The notes beneath the pieces were generated by a model. It had not been told where the DNA came from. It did not search any database and saw only the letters and a program-made list of their open reading frames with translations. From Chiloscyllium plagiosum (Eukaryota): DNA of 64,000 nt. The translations under genes were made by a program, and so were the position numbers. The stretch covers positions 9,220,037-9,284,036 of the forward strand of contig NC_057719.1 in NCBI RefSeq assembly GCF_004010195.1. Reading direction: 5' to 3'. Shown piece by piece: positions 25,148 through 36,974 of this stretch; the first letter of the stretch is position 1; every line of letters begins with the position of its first letter.

Positions 25148-25219
25148 ACAAATTTAGGTCAGATTTTGATTGGAAACTCTGTAATTCTGCATGGAGAGAA
25201 GGGACTGTTTCAGTGGGTA

Positions 25220-27440
25220 TCCGAGTCATACAGCATGGATGCAGACCATTTGTTCCAACTAGCCCAAGCCTACAATATTCCCAAACTAAACTATTCCCAC
25301 CTGTCTGCATTTGGCCCACATCCCTCCAAGCCTTTCCTTTCATGCACTTATCCAAATGTCTTTTAAATGTTGTAACTGTGTCCACCATTTCCTCTGAAGT
25401 TCATTCCACACACTAACCACTCTCTGTATAAAGAATTTGTTCATGTCCTTTTTAAATTTTTCTCCTCTCACCTTAAAGATGTGCCCCCTAGTTTTGAATT
25501 CCTACACCCTAGGGAAAGGACCCTTACTGTTTATCTTATTTGTGCCCCTCATGATTATTTAAACCCCAATTAGGTCATCTATTGGGACATAATTTTTAAC
25601 CGTTTCACCACATTCCACTGCTTGGAATTTTACACCACATCATCCCTCAACCTCCTACTCTCCAGTGAAAAAAGTCTGAGTCTATCCAACCCTATTTTTA
25701 AATCTCAAACCCATAATTCCTGGCAACATCCTGATAAATCTTTTTTTTCTTCTGAACCTTCTCCAGCTTAATAATCTCCTTCCTACAACAGGGTGACCAG
25801 AAATGGGCACAGTACTTCAGAAGAGGTCTCACCAATGTCCTGTACAACCTCAATATGATGTCCCAACTCCTATACTCAAAGGTCTGAGCAATGAAGGCAA
25901 GCATGCTAAACATCCCCTTAACCACCCTGTCTACCTCTGACACAAATTTCAAAGGGTGTGTACCAGAACTCCGAGGTCCCTCTACAACATTATCCAGGGC
26001 CCAACCACTAATTGCATAAGTCAAGCCTTTGTCTGTTTTGCCAAAGTGCAATTCTTTGTATTTATCCAAATTAAACTCCGTCTGCTGCTCCTCAGCCCAT
26101 TGACCCAGTTGATTAAGATTCCATTATGATCTTCATCAATGTCCACCAGGACACCAATTTTGGTGTCATCCATAAACTTATTGACCATGCCTTCTAAATT
26201 CTCATCCAAATCATTTATATAAATGACAAACAAAAGTGGACCCAATACCGATCTCTGTAGAACACTGCTGGTCACGGGCCTTCAGATCGAGAAATGGTCC
26301 TCCATCACTACCCTCTGTCTCTTACCATCAAGCCAATTTTGTATCCAAGACAAGCTCACCATGAATTCCATGTGATCTTACTTTACTAATTAGTCTACCA
26401 GGCAGAACCTTGTCAAAGGCTGAACCTTGTCAAAGGCTTTACGAAAGTCCAAGTAAACAACATCTAACACTTTACCCTTATCAATCTTTTTGGTTATTTC
26501 TTAAAAAAACTCAAATTTATGAGGCATGGTTTCCCTCACACAAAACCATGCTGACTATGCCTAACCACTGACCTGCTGTGCTTTTCCAACACCACTCTAA
26601 TCCAAACTTCCTATTCCTAATCATTCCCTGCTCTCTAAATACATGTAAGTCCTATCTTTCAGAATCACCTCCAATAACGTACCCAACACCGACGTCAGAG
26701 GCTTCTCCTCACAGCCTTTACAACCCTTCTTCTTCCAACACATCACCAATTATTACAAATGACACAAATATCTCTCCACACTTCAGGCTCACTGCCTTTA
26801 TTCCTGATGAAGGGCTTTTGCCCGAAACGTCGATTTCGAAGCTCCTTGGATGCTGCCTGAACTGCTGTGCTCTTCCAGCACCACTAATACAAATATTTCT
26901 GCCAGGGTCCCCACAATTTCTTCCCCAGCTTTCTACTATGTCCTGAGATACACCTGATCAGTTCCGGGCGATTTATCCACCTTTATATTTTCTAAGATCT
27001 CCAGCACTTCCTCTTCTGAAGTGTGAACTATTTTCAAAACATTAATATTACCACTAATACAAATATTTCTGCCAGGGTCCCCACAATTTCCTCCCCAGCT
27101 TTCTACTATGTCCTGAGATACACCTGATCAGGTCCGGGAGATTTATCCACTTTTATATTTTCTAAGATCTCCAGCACTTCCTCTTCTGAAGTGTGAACTA
27201 TTTTCAAAACATTAATATTTATTTCCCTCTGTTCTCTAGCCTCCATATCTTTCTCCACTGTAAAAGCTGGCATGAAATATTCCATTCAATATCTCTCCCA
27301 ACACCTGAGGTTCAACAGAAAGATGACCTATTTAATCTTTAAAGGATCCTACTCTCTCATTAGTTGCTCTTTTTCTCTCAATATACTTGTAAAATCTCTT
27401 TGGATTATCCATAACCTCATCCACCAAGGCGATTTCATAT
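25220..27440 (-). mobile_element. Long degenerate CR1 LINE (RT region) with PLE-tail inserts and a 170-bp tandem duplication
   Basis: SVLGPLLFVIYINDL...KFMDDTK RT motifs and LYRTLVRPLLKYC..FWSP; many frameshifts. Confidence 0.88.
26801..26835 (+). ncRNA. Minimal hammerhead ribozyme motif (PLE family A)
   Basis: TTC CTGATGA A GGGC-TTTT-GCCC GAAACGTC GA; intact core. Confidence 0.75.
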
Positions 27441-27469
27441 CCCCTTGGTTAGGATTGTAATTATTGAAA

Positions 27470-27850
27470 GTTAGAAGAATGAGGGAGGGGTTTCATACAA
27501 ACTTATAAAAATTCTGATAGGATTGACAGAGTAAACGCAGAAATGATATTCCTGAAGACTGGGGAGTTCAGAACCAGAGATCACAATCAAAGGATATGGG
27601 GTTGGCCATTCAGGACTGAGCTGAGGAGAAACTTCTTCACCCAGAGAGCAATGACCCAATGGAAACAGAACGTAGTTGACGTCAAAACATGGAATTTTTC
27701 AGAAATGATTCAGATATAGCTCTCAGGGATAAAGGGATGAAAGAGTATGAGGAGAAAGCTGGAACAGGGGTCTGAGTTGGATGATTAGCCAGGATCATTT
27801 GAATGGGAAAGCAGGTCAAAGGGTAGAATGGCTTCCATTTTCCAAATTTC
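27470..27850 (+). mobile_element. CR1 LINE 3' fragment, diverged subfamily
   Basis: GAAGAATGAGGG...TATAAAATTCTGA...GAAACTTCTTCACCCAGAGAG. Confidence 0.7.
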
Positions 27851-27932
27851 ATTCTCAGATATATTTCAGGATGAGACTCAAAACATCATAGAGAACAATC
27901 AAAGAGCAGAGCCTGGCTGTGGTTGACGGATC

Positions 27933-28682
27933 GAGTCATAAAGATGTACAGCATGGAAACAAACCCTTTGGTCCAACTTGTCCATGCCAGCCAGATATCT
28001 TAAATTAATCTAGTCCCATTTGCCAGCATTTAACCCTTATCCCTCTAAACCCTTCCTATTCATGTATCCACCCAGATGCCTTTTAAATGTTGTAATTGTA
28101 CCAGCCTCCACCACTTCCTCTGGCAGCTCATTCCATACACACACTACCCTCTGTGCGAAAAGGTTGCCCCTTAGGTCCCTTTTAAATCTTTTCCCTCTCA
28201 TCCTAAACCTAAGCCCTCTAGCTTTGGACTCCCCCATCCTGGGGAAAAGACCTTGCTATTCCTCATATCCATGCCCCTCATAATTTTATAAACCTCTATC
28301 AGGTCACCCCTCAGCCTCCGACGTTCCAGGGAAAACAGCCCCAGCCTGTTCAGCCTCTCGCTACAGCACAAACTCCCCAACCCTGGCAACATCCTTGCAA
28401 ATCTTTTCTGAACCCTTTCAAGTTTCACAACATCCTTCCGATAGCAGGGAGACCAGAACTGAATGCAATATTCCAGAAGTGGTAAAAACAATGGCTGCAG
28501 ATGCTGGAAACCAGATTCTGGATTAGTGGTGCTGGAAGAGCACAGCAGTTCAGGCAGCATCCAAGGAGCTTCGAAATCGACGTTTCGGGCAAAAGCCCTT
28601 CATCAGATATTCCAGAAGTGGCCTAACTAATGTCCTGTATAGCTGCAACATGACCTCCCAACTTTGAAACTCAATGCCCTGA
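27933..28682 (-). mobile_element. CR1 (HER1-like) LINE 3' fragment interrupted by a PLE tail
   Basis: EYCIQFWSPCYRKDVVKLERVQKRF...LRGDLIEVYKIMRG. Confidence 0.9.
28483..28606 (-). mobile_element. 124-bp PLE family A tail insertion with intact hammerhead core
   Basis: Starts CTGATGAAGGGCTTTTGCCCGAAACGTC on the minus strand; exact 15-bp TSD ATATTCCAGAAGTGG at 28468-28482 and 28607-28621. Confidence 0.88.
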
Positions 28683-29099
28683 TATAGTGAAGGAGATTTG
28701 GGTCCTTGCTAGTGGAATATAATGAGCTTTCAATCATGCGGAAAAACTGGGGTGACCTGGAGCAGAGTTGATGGTCAATAAAGAGACAAGAAATGTATCT
28801 GTCTAAACTATTCCTTGTAGTAGCAAGTTCCCTACTCTAACTGACTTTTCTTCTGAATTCCCCATTGGACTGGGTCATGGAAACCTTCTCTCCACAGCCC
28901 CTGATTTTGGTTTACTCCATGAGTGAAAATATTTTCCCTGCACATACTCTCTCCAACCCCATCTTGATGTTAACATCAGGTCAGCCTTCAGCCTTCTGTT
29001 TTCTAGAGAGAATTGAGAAAAAGCTCTAGACTATTCAACCTTTTCTGATCATTTCATCCATTCAGCGCTGACAGGGTCAAAGAAAATTGGAGCAGGAAT

Positions 29100-29392
29100 T
29101 ATTTTTTATTCATTCATGGGATGAGGGCATCGCTGGCTAGGCCAGCACTTATTGCCCATGCCTAATTGCCCAGAGGGCAGTTAAGAGTCAACCACATTAC
29201 TATGGGTCTGGAGTCACATGTAGGCCAGACTGGGTAAGGATGGCAGTTTCCTTCCCTGAAGGACATTAGTGAACCAGGTGGGTTTTTCCAACAATTGACA
29301 ATGGATTCATGATCATCGTTATATTCTTAATTCCAGATTTTTTTGCTGAATTAAAATTCCACCATCTGCCGTGATGGGATTCGAACTCAGGG
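29100..29392 (-). mobile_element. tRNA-derived SINE, second family
   Basis: Well-preserved reverse core and tail. Confidence 0.85.
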
Positions 29393-29777
29393 TTAGAGAA
29401 TTCCAAAGTTCCCCACACTCCAAGTGGAGAGATTCCTTCTCATCCCAGTCCTGAATGGCCTAAGCCTTATTTTAGAGTCCCCTGACTCTAAAAGCCCCAA
29501 TCCTCCACAACTGGGGGAGAAATATCCTTCCTGCAATCATTTGATCAAGCCCAATAAGAACTTCAACAAAATGACCTCCCATTCTTCTGAACTCTCGGGA
29601 GTACACGTTCAGTCTCCTCAATCTCTCTCCATCACAGGACAGTCCCATTTCCAGGGGTCAGTCTGGATAACACATGCTGCTCTTCCTCTACGACAAGTAC
29701 ATCCTTCATGAGCAAGCAGACCAGAACTGTACACAATACTCCAGGGATGGTCCCACCAAGGTACTATACAAATGCAG

Positions 29778-29994
29778 ACTTGATTAAGTGTGGCACTGAG
29801 AAAAAGCACAGCAGGTCAGGCAGCATCTGAGGAGCAGAAGAGTTGATGTTTTGGGCACAAGCCCTTCATCAGGCGGGTCCTGCCTGGTACATCAACTCTC
29901 TTGCTCCTCAGATGCTGCCTGACCCCCGTGCTTTTTCCAGCACTGTACTTTATCGACCTTTGACTCCAGCATCTGCAGTCCTCACTATCGCCTG
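29778..29994. mobile_element. PLE family A fold-back insertion inside an old CR1
   Basis: Inverted arms; exact 14-bp TSD CTATACAAATGCAG at 29764-29777 and 29995-30008. Confidence 0.8.
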
Positions 29995-30354
29995 CTATAC
30001 AAATGCAGCAAATCATACTGACAACGGTACTCCAATCCGCTTGCAGTAAAGGCCAAAATGCCATTAACATTCCATCTGCCTGGTGTATCTGACTGACTCA
30101 TGACCATGGATTATCAAGTCCCTACGCACAGCAATGTCTCTCTCACCATTTAAGAAATATTCTATTTCTGTTTTTCCAGCCAATGTGCATAACTTCACAT
30201 TTTTCCACATCATATGCCATATTCTTGCCCACTCACATAGCCTCTCGAAACCCCCTTGAAGTCAAACTCCTCACATCACATAATCCCATTCAGTTTTCTG
30301 TCATCAGCAAATTTGGAAACATCACATTTGGCCCATACATCCTGATATATTCCC

Positions 30355-31210
30355 TTACAACCTGCTCAGAGATGCTCTGGAACAGGTGGGACTTGAATCT
30401 GGACCTCCTGGCTCAGAGATAGGGACAATACCACCACACAACTGGACCTTCCAAGACCCCAAATCCATCTCATTTCTGAACTGCCTATCTTGGTTCTAGA
30501 CTTCCTAAACAGGGGAAACATCTTACTTGCATATCCCTTTCAATATTTTGTAGATATTTTAAAATCAGATGTTCAGATGTGTTTTGACACATTCCTGGAG
30601 CAGGGAGAATTTGAACCCAGGTCTTTCTGCTCAGAGATAGAGACACTAGAACAAGAACTCTTTTTAATGTATTTTGTGCCATGCAATTTGGGGAAATATG
30701 GAGGAATCACAGGTAGATAATTTCTAATCAACCTGTTCAGTGATATTGTTACACCCCTCTGGAACAGGTAGGACTTGAACTCAGAACCCCCTTGTTCAGA
30801 GATAGGGTCACTACCAACGTGCTACTAGATCTCTAGCCCCAGGGCCAGGATATTTCTGAATGAACCCGTTCAGAGGTGTTACAGCACACTCCTGGAGCAG
30901 GTAGGACTTGAACCCAGACCTTCTGGCTTAGAGACAGGAACCCTAGCCCCAGAGCTGGAATATTTCTGAATGAACTTGTTCAGAGATGTTACGGCATACT
31001 TCTGGAGTAGGTGGGACTTGAACCCAGACCTCCTTGCTCAGAGACAGGAGCACTACCACCATGTTACAAGAACACTAGCCCCGGAGCTGGAATATTCCTG
31101 AATGAACCTGTTTAGAGGTGTTACTGCACACCTCTGGACTAGGTGGGACTTGAACCCAGACCTCCTTGCTCAGAGATAGGGATATGACCAGTGTGCCACA
31201 AGGACACTCG
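30355..31210 (-). repeat. Array of six short tRNA-like SINE units (about 95-135 bp)
   Basis: Recurrent GGACTTGAACCCAGACC (reverse B-box GGTTCAAGTCC) and A-box-like TGTGGCACA.TGGT; the last three units are head-to-tail. Confidence 0.8.
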
Positions 31211-31249
31211 GCCTGTATCCAAATTGTTGTGATTAGCTGGGGTGCAATA

Positions 31250-32030
31250 ACCGGCCTTTGCTGATCGACCACTTAAAACAAAACTACAGAGCCTCACAAA
31301 ACCCAGTTAGCAAAGGGTATTACACTCTCTTCAGGCTGCACGCTTCATGCTGGGCTGCACAGAATGCTTGCAGCTCTTTGCTTATCCCTCTCCCCTCTCA
31401 CTCGCGTCCTGAGTTATCTGCCACTCTCTTGCTGGTGCAAAGGGGAAGATGCAATGCGGCGGCTGTTCTGCGGAGCCCTCTTCCAGTTGAGTGAGCTGAG
31501 AATTGGCCATTTACGCTTTCATCCAGCAACACCAGTTCTCCTCTCTCTCTCTCTCTCTCTCCTCTCACAGCTACCCTCAAGATATTCCCTGGAGCTTCCT
31601 TGCTGCACAATCAATTTCTCCGCTGATCTGTGACAGCGGTCCTTTTGATCATGATTGTTCCGAGCCATTCAGTTGAAAGCCGGCCGACACTTGCCTCTCA
31701 CAATGGCCATGTGCTAACGGGCGCAGGCAGGTTCTTATTAACCGCGGTGAGGAAACCATTTCCATGGCACGCAATTAACTGCTGACAGGGAGGCTGCTGC
31801 TTCTCTGTGCCGAACTGTTCGGGAGCGAGGATGGAAAGCAACATTGATGTTGTTATTTTAAAGGAATCAGCAGAAAACGCTTGTGCCTGCCTGCCTTTTG
31901 ATGGCATGGCATTGCATTCTCCAGGGCAGAGGGAATAGTGAGTCTTTGAAATACGCGGGAGATTCAGCGTTAGCGGAATCGCAGTCGGAATGCTTTCACA
32001 TCCCCACTCTGAAAATCGCTGCGACTTTTC
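31250..32030. promoter_or_regulatory. CpG-enriched non-repeat segment, candidate promoter or enhancer
   Basis: Visibly more CpG than the flanks (CTCGCGTC, GCGGCGG, GCCGGCCG, CCGCGG), (CT)n tract, no similarity to window repeats. Confidence 0.35.
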
Positions 32031-32059
32031 TTTTGTTGCATTTAGAAGGAGGAGGGTAT

Positions 32060-32370
32060 GTGCTCATTGTATTATCGCTGGACTATTAATCCAGGCAACC
32101 AGTTATTGTTCTGGGAATCTCGATTCAAATCCCATCCTGGCAGAATATTACAAAATAAAATTGCAATCAGGTGTCTAATGATGATTGTTGGAAGAACCCA
32201 TCTGGTTCAGTAATGTCCTTGAGGGATGGAAACTGCCATCCTTACCTGGCCTGGCTTACAGACCCAAAGCAATGTGGTTGACTCTCAACTGCTTTCTGGG
32301 CAATTAGGGATGGGTAATAAATGCTGCCTGGACAGCAACACCCACACTCCATGAATGAATAACAAAAAAC
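32060..32370 (+). mobile_element. tRNA-derived SINE, second family
   Basis: TATTATCGCTGGACTATTAATCCAG head; ATGAATGAATAA tail. Confidence 0.82.
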
Positions 32371-32934
32371 TAACCACCAGTCATAAAAATACTCGTAGCC
32401 TATTCAATATTTGTAAGCAAAGCCTATTAAGGGAAATGTGAGCCATCAAAAGTGAGTGGGAGGTATGGAGAGCAGGAAGGGACAAAATGTAAATGGAGTT
32501 GGAGGGAGAGATAAAGCATTGTATCCCCTGCGGTGCCCACCTCTCTTGATAAGGGTATCAAACGCACTAATGTACACCATGCACTCCCTCTCCAAAGTCT
32601 GCCAGGCTCACATGTAACCATGGAAGAGGGATGGTTGGCATTTATAACTAAATTCTGAGCTTTTGAGTGGTGCCTGTACCCAGGTGTTTGATGCAGCAGC
32701 ATGACAGTCCTTTATCAGTTACTGAAAGACAGATATTGGTCATGGAATACTTGGCACAGGAGGAGGCCATTCAGCCCCACATGGCTCTGACTGTAGCTTT
32801 GAAAGAGCTATCAAATTAGTTCCTCCCCCCACTGCCTCCTACCCAGCTCTTGCCCCACAGCCCTGCAATATTTTCCCTTTTCATGAATATATCCTTTTGC
32901 AAGTTACCACTGCCTCTGATTTCCTTGACCCTTT

Positions 32935-33640
32935 TAGAACATAGAACATAGAAGAATACAGCGCAGTACAGGCCCTTTGGCCCTCGATGTTGCGCCGATC
33001 CAAGCCCACCTAACCTATACTAACCCACTATCCTCCATATACCTATCCAATGCCCGCTTAAATGCCCATAAAGAGGGAGAGTCCACCACTGCTACTGGCA
33101 GGGCATTCCATGAACTTACGACTCGCTGAGTGAAGAACCTACCCCTAACTTCAGTCCTATATCTACCCCCCCTTAATTTAAAGCTATGCCCCCTTGTAAT
33201 ACCCGACTCCATACGCGGGAAAAGGTTCACACTGTCAACCCTATCTAACCCCCTAATCATCTTGTACACCTCAATCAAGTCACCCCTAAACCTTCTTTTC
33301 TCTAATGAAAACAGCCCCAAGTGTCTCAGTCTTTCCTCATACGATCTTCCTTCCATACCAGGCAACATCCTGGTAAACCTCCTCTGCACCCGTTCCAGTG
33401 CCTCCACGTCCTTCCTATAGTATGGCGACCAAAACTGCACACAATACTCCAGATGCGGCCGCACCAGAGTCTTATACAACTGCATCATGACCTCAGGACT
33501 CCGGAACTCAATTCCTCTACCAATAAAAGCCAGTACGCCATATGCCTTCCTCACCGCACTATTTACCTGGGTGGCAACTTTCAGAGATCTGTGTACATGG
33601 ACACCAAGATCCCTCTGATCATCCACACTACCAAGTATCC
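32935..33640 (-). mobile_element. Young 5'-truncated CR1 LINE with an uninterrupted 203-aa ORF2 C-terminus
   Basis: ORF 33015-33626 RDLGVHV...LYKTLVRPHLEYCVQFWSP...FFTQRVV; (TTCTATG)n tail; CpGs retained. Confidence 0.93.
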
Positions 33641-33659
33641 GACCTCAAGGACACTTTCC

Positions 33660-34548
33660 AGGACACTTTTTAACAATTCCATGCTTTTGGAGAGGCAAGG
33701 ATTAAGGATAGTCAGGATACGTTTTGTGCGAGGGAAATCATGTCTCACAAACGTGACTGAGTTTTTTGGGGAAGTAACCAAGAAGATTGATGAGGCCAGA
33801 GCGATAGACGTTGTTTACTTGGACTTGAGTAAAGGCTTTGACAAGGTTCCACATGTTAAGCCAATTAGCAAGATGGGATTCAGACAGAGCTTGCCAATTC
33901 GATACAAAAATGGCTTAATGGTAGAAAACAGAGGATGATGGTGGAGGGTTGTTTCTCAGTCTACAGGCCTGTTACAATGTGTTCCACAGGGATTGGTGCT
34001 GGGTCCACTTTTGTTTGTCATTTACATAAACAACTTAGATGAGAGTATAGGAGGCATGGTCAGTAAGTTTCTGGATGACACCAAAATTGGTGGTACATTG
34101 CACAGTGAAGAAGGTTATCTATGATTACAGAGAGATCTTGATCAATTGGGTCAATGGGCTAAGGAGTGGCAAATGGATAAATGTGAGATGTTGCATTTTG
34201 GTAAAACAAACAAGGGCAAAACTTGTACAATTAATGGTGGGGCGCTGGGTAGTGTTGTAGACCAGAGACCGAAGGATTCAGATGCATAATTCGTTGAAAT
34301 TTGTGACATATATCAACAGGATGGTTAAGAAGGCAATTAGCATGCTTGCCTTCTTTACTCAGACCTTGGAGTATAAAGTTGGGATGTCATTTTGAGGTTG
34401 CACAGAATGCTGTTAAGGCCTTTTCTGGAGTACTGTGTATCGTTCTGATTGGCCCGCGATAGGAAGGATGTTATTAAATTGGAGAAGGTTCAGGAAAGAT
34501 TTACCAGCATGTTGCCAGGAATTGACAGGGGTTTGAGTTATAAGGCAG
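33660..34548 (+). mobile_element. Degenerate CR1 LINE RT region
   Basis: GKSCLTN..EFF..VT...DVVYLDLSKGFDKVPH motif, frameshifted. Confidence 0.88.
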
Positions 34549-35384
34549 GCCACTGATCAACACATTCGGGGGAACAATGCATGCAACAGGGTCAATGGAT
34601 GGGAGGTAGTGGTGGAGTGGTAATGGCATTGACTTAGTAAGTAGGAGTCTAGGCCAATGCTCTGAGGGAATGGGTTCAAAATCCAGCATATAAGATGATG
34701 GAAGTTAAGACTCAACCAATGTATCTGGAACATCAGGGGTGCCCCTCTGATGCAGCGCAGGGTTCAAGTCCCACCTGCTCAAGACATGTGTTAATGACAT
34801 CTCTGAACAGGCTGATTAGGAAAATACATATTTCTGGAATATAAGGTTCATTTCAGTCTTAGCTATCATCAATTACCATTCTAAAGTCCACCTGGTTTGC
34901 TAGTATCAGTTTCTTCAGTATAGGAAATCTGCCATACTTATCTGGACTGGCCTTCAACTGAGCACAATGTGCTTAAATGGGAAAGCTACAGGGCCAATGA
35001 GAGATGGTAACAATTGTTGGCCATGCCACTGATGCTCACATCCCATGCAAAGAATCAAGAAAAATGACTACAAATCAGGCATGGAGGTTGTTATATGCAC
35101 TACAATCAGTGCTTTCTTGGTTTAGCATCCTCAAGGGCCTACATAGATTAGCATAGTCAGATTCTCATCTCCCTGAAGAATCACTTGTATTAAACAAGGT
35201 AAAGGTTACTACATCTCTGGAACTATTTGCAAGTTACAATTGGACTGTAGATCCTTACAGAGACTGTTAAGAGCACTTGGTTTTAGTTTGAGACTCTTTC
35301 GCGATCCTTAATTCTTCTCATCACCAGACCTTATGACATAATTTCAGTCAATGATACTTAAGGCATTGAATTACTCTTAACCCT

Positions 35385-35822
35385 TTCAAAGAAACAAAGA
35401 AAATTTACAGCCCAGGAACAGGCCCTACGGCCCTCCAAACCTGAGCCGATCCAAATCTACTGTCTAAATCTGTCGCCCAATTCCTAAGTACCTGTATCCC
35501 TCTGCTCCCCACCTACTCATGCATCTGTCCAGACGCATCTTAAATGAACCTATTGTGCCTGCCTCTACCACCTCTGCTGGCAACGTGTTCCAGACACCCA
35601 CCACCCTCTGTGTAAAGTACTTGCCATGTGTATGCCTCTTAAATTTTTCACCTCTCACCTTGAAAGGCCCACACTTAACATAGGTAAGGCCTCTTCTGGA
35701 GGACTGCATATAGTTCTGATGGTCCCACTATACGAAGGATGTTATTAAATTGGAGACGGTTCACAAAAGATTTACCATGATGTTGCCAGGAATGAACGTG
35801 GGTTTGAGTTATAAAGATAGGC
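35385..35822. mobile_element. Two abutting CR1 fragments (minus 35385-35665, plus 35680-35822)
   Basis: YFTQRVVGVWNTLP on minus strand; GGATGTTATTAAATTGGAG on plus strand. Confidence 0.8.
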
Positions 35823-36315
35823 CACTGATCAACACATTCAGGGGGATTACCTGGGGGTTGTCCTCGGCTTCATGTTGTAAGATGGGACCTCACCTTCGTC
35901 CTCTTACATTAGGTAAGATTTCTGATTCATTTGTGCTGGGTGAAAACTGTTAAAACTTTTTCGAAAGGGCATTAAAGCAGAAAAAGACTGCAACAGAAAG
36001 GAAATAATGTCACCTGGGAAAACAAGTAGAGGGAGGAGGCAGAAAATGGAGTTTGTCAACATGCGGTGATTGATGGCTACTCACAGAGAGGTGCCACAAC
36101 ATGAGGTGGATGTGAAATTGCCACAGAATATGCTTTCTCCTGGAGCACCAATGTGCAGGCTGCCTCGCAGGAAGTGACACTCTGGGGTTAATGCTGTTTA
36201 GAATCCCGTGGAACCTAGCGGCAGATGGAGGTGAATCCGGCATAGCTGAAAGAGGCTGCCAAAACAAGGCTGCAGAAAAAAGACCTGGCTCCTCACAAGC
36301 AGAGGCTGTCTCAAA

Positions 36316-36974
36316 GGAGAAAGTGAGGACTGCAGATGCTGGAGATCAGAGCTGAAAATGTGTTGCTGGAAAAGTGCAGCAGGTCAGGCAGCATCCAAGG
36401 AACAGGAGAATCGACATTTCAGACATGAGCCCTTCTTCAGGAATGAGGAAAGTGTGCCAAGCAGGCTAAGATAAAAGGTAGGGAGGAGGGACTTGGGGGA
36501 GGGACGTTGGAAATGCGATAGGTGGAAGGAGGTTAAGGTGAGGGTGATAAGGTGAGGGTGATAAGGTGAGGGTGATAGGCCGGAGTGAGGGTGTGGGTGG
36601 ATAGGTCAGGAAGAAGATTGCAGGTTAGGAAGGTGGTGCTGAGTTCGAGGGTTGGGACTGAGACAAGATGGAGGGAGGGGAAATGAGGAAACTGGAGAAA
36701 TNNNNNNNNNNNNNNNNNNNNNNNNNNNNNNNNNNNNNNNNNNNNNNNNNNNNNNNNNNNNNNNNNNNNNNNNNNNNNNNNNNNNNNNNNNNNNNNNNNN
36801 NNNNNNNNNNNNNNNNNNNNNNNNNNNNNNNNNNNNNNNNNNCGCAAGTTTTGCATTTCTTGCGGTTGCATGGGAAGGTGCCGGGAGTGGAGGTTGGGTT
36901 GGTGGGGGCTGTGGACCTGACGAGGGAGTCACGGAGGGAGTGGTCTTTTCGGAACGCTGATAGGGGAGGGGAGA
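36316..36974 (-). mobile_element. Penelope-like element 3' part with coding remnant, spanning an assembly gap
   Basis: Minus strand encodes SPPLSAFRKDHSLRDSLVRS...GTFPCNRKKCKTC, resembling the Cys linker before the GIY-YIG endonuclease, then the family A C-rich region and tail. Confidence 0.82.
36702..36842. other. Assembly gap (141 N)
   Basis: Run of N. Confidence 1.

Noticed and set aside
24795..25157. Recurrent 'CTSLDCGRKPEHPEETHADTGRMCKLH' peptides
   Set aside because: Antisense translation of the HE1 SINE V-domain, not a protein family
30355..31210. Possible CRISPR array or tRNA gene cluster
   Set aside because: Eukaryotic context, long diverged units without unique spacers or cas genes; units lack a full cloverleaf and match dispersed SINE copies
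33015..33626. 203-aa ORF as a host gene
   Set aside because: C-terminus of CR1 ORF2 in a 5'-truncated copy with a LINE tail
36083..36246. Minus-strand segment with acceptor and donor-like ends
   Set aside because: Only one open frame with unremarkable composition and no recognisable homology
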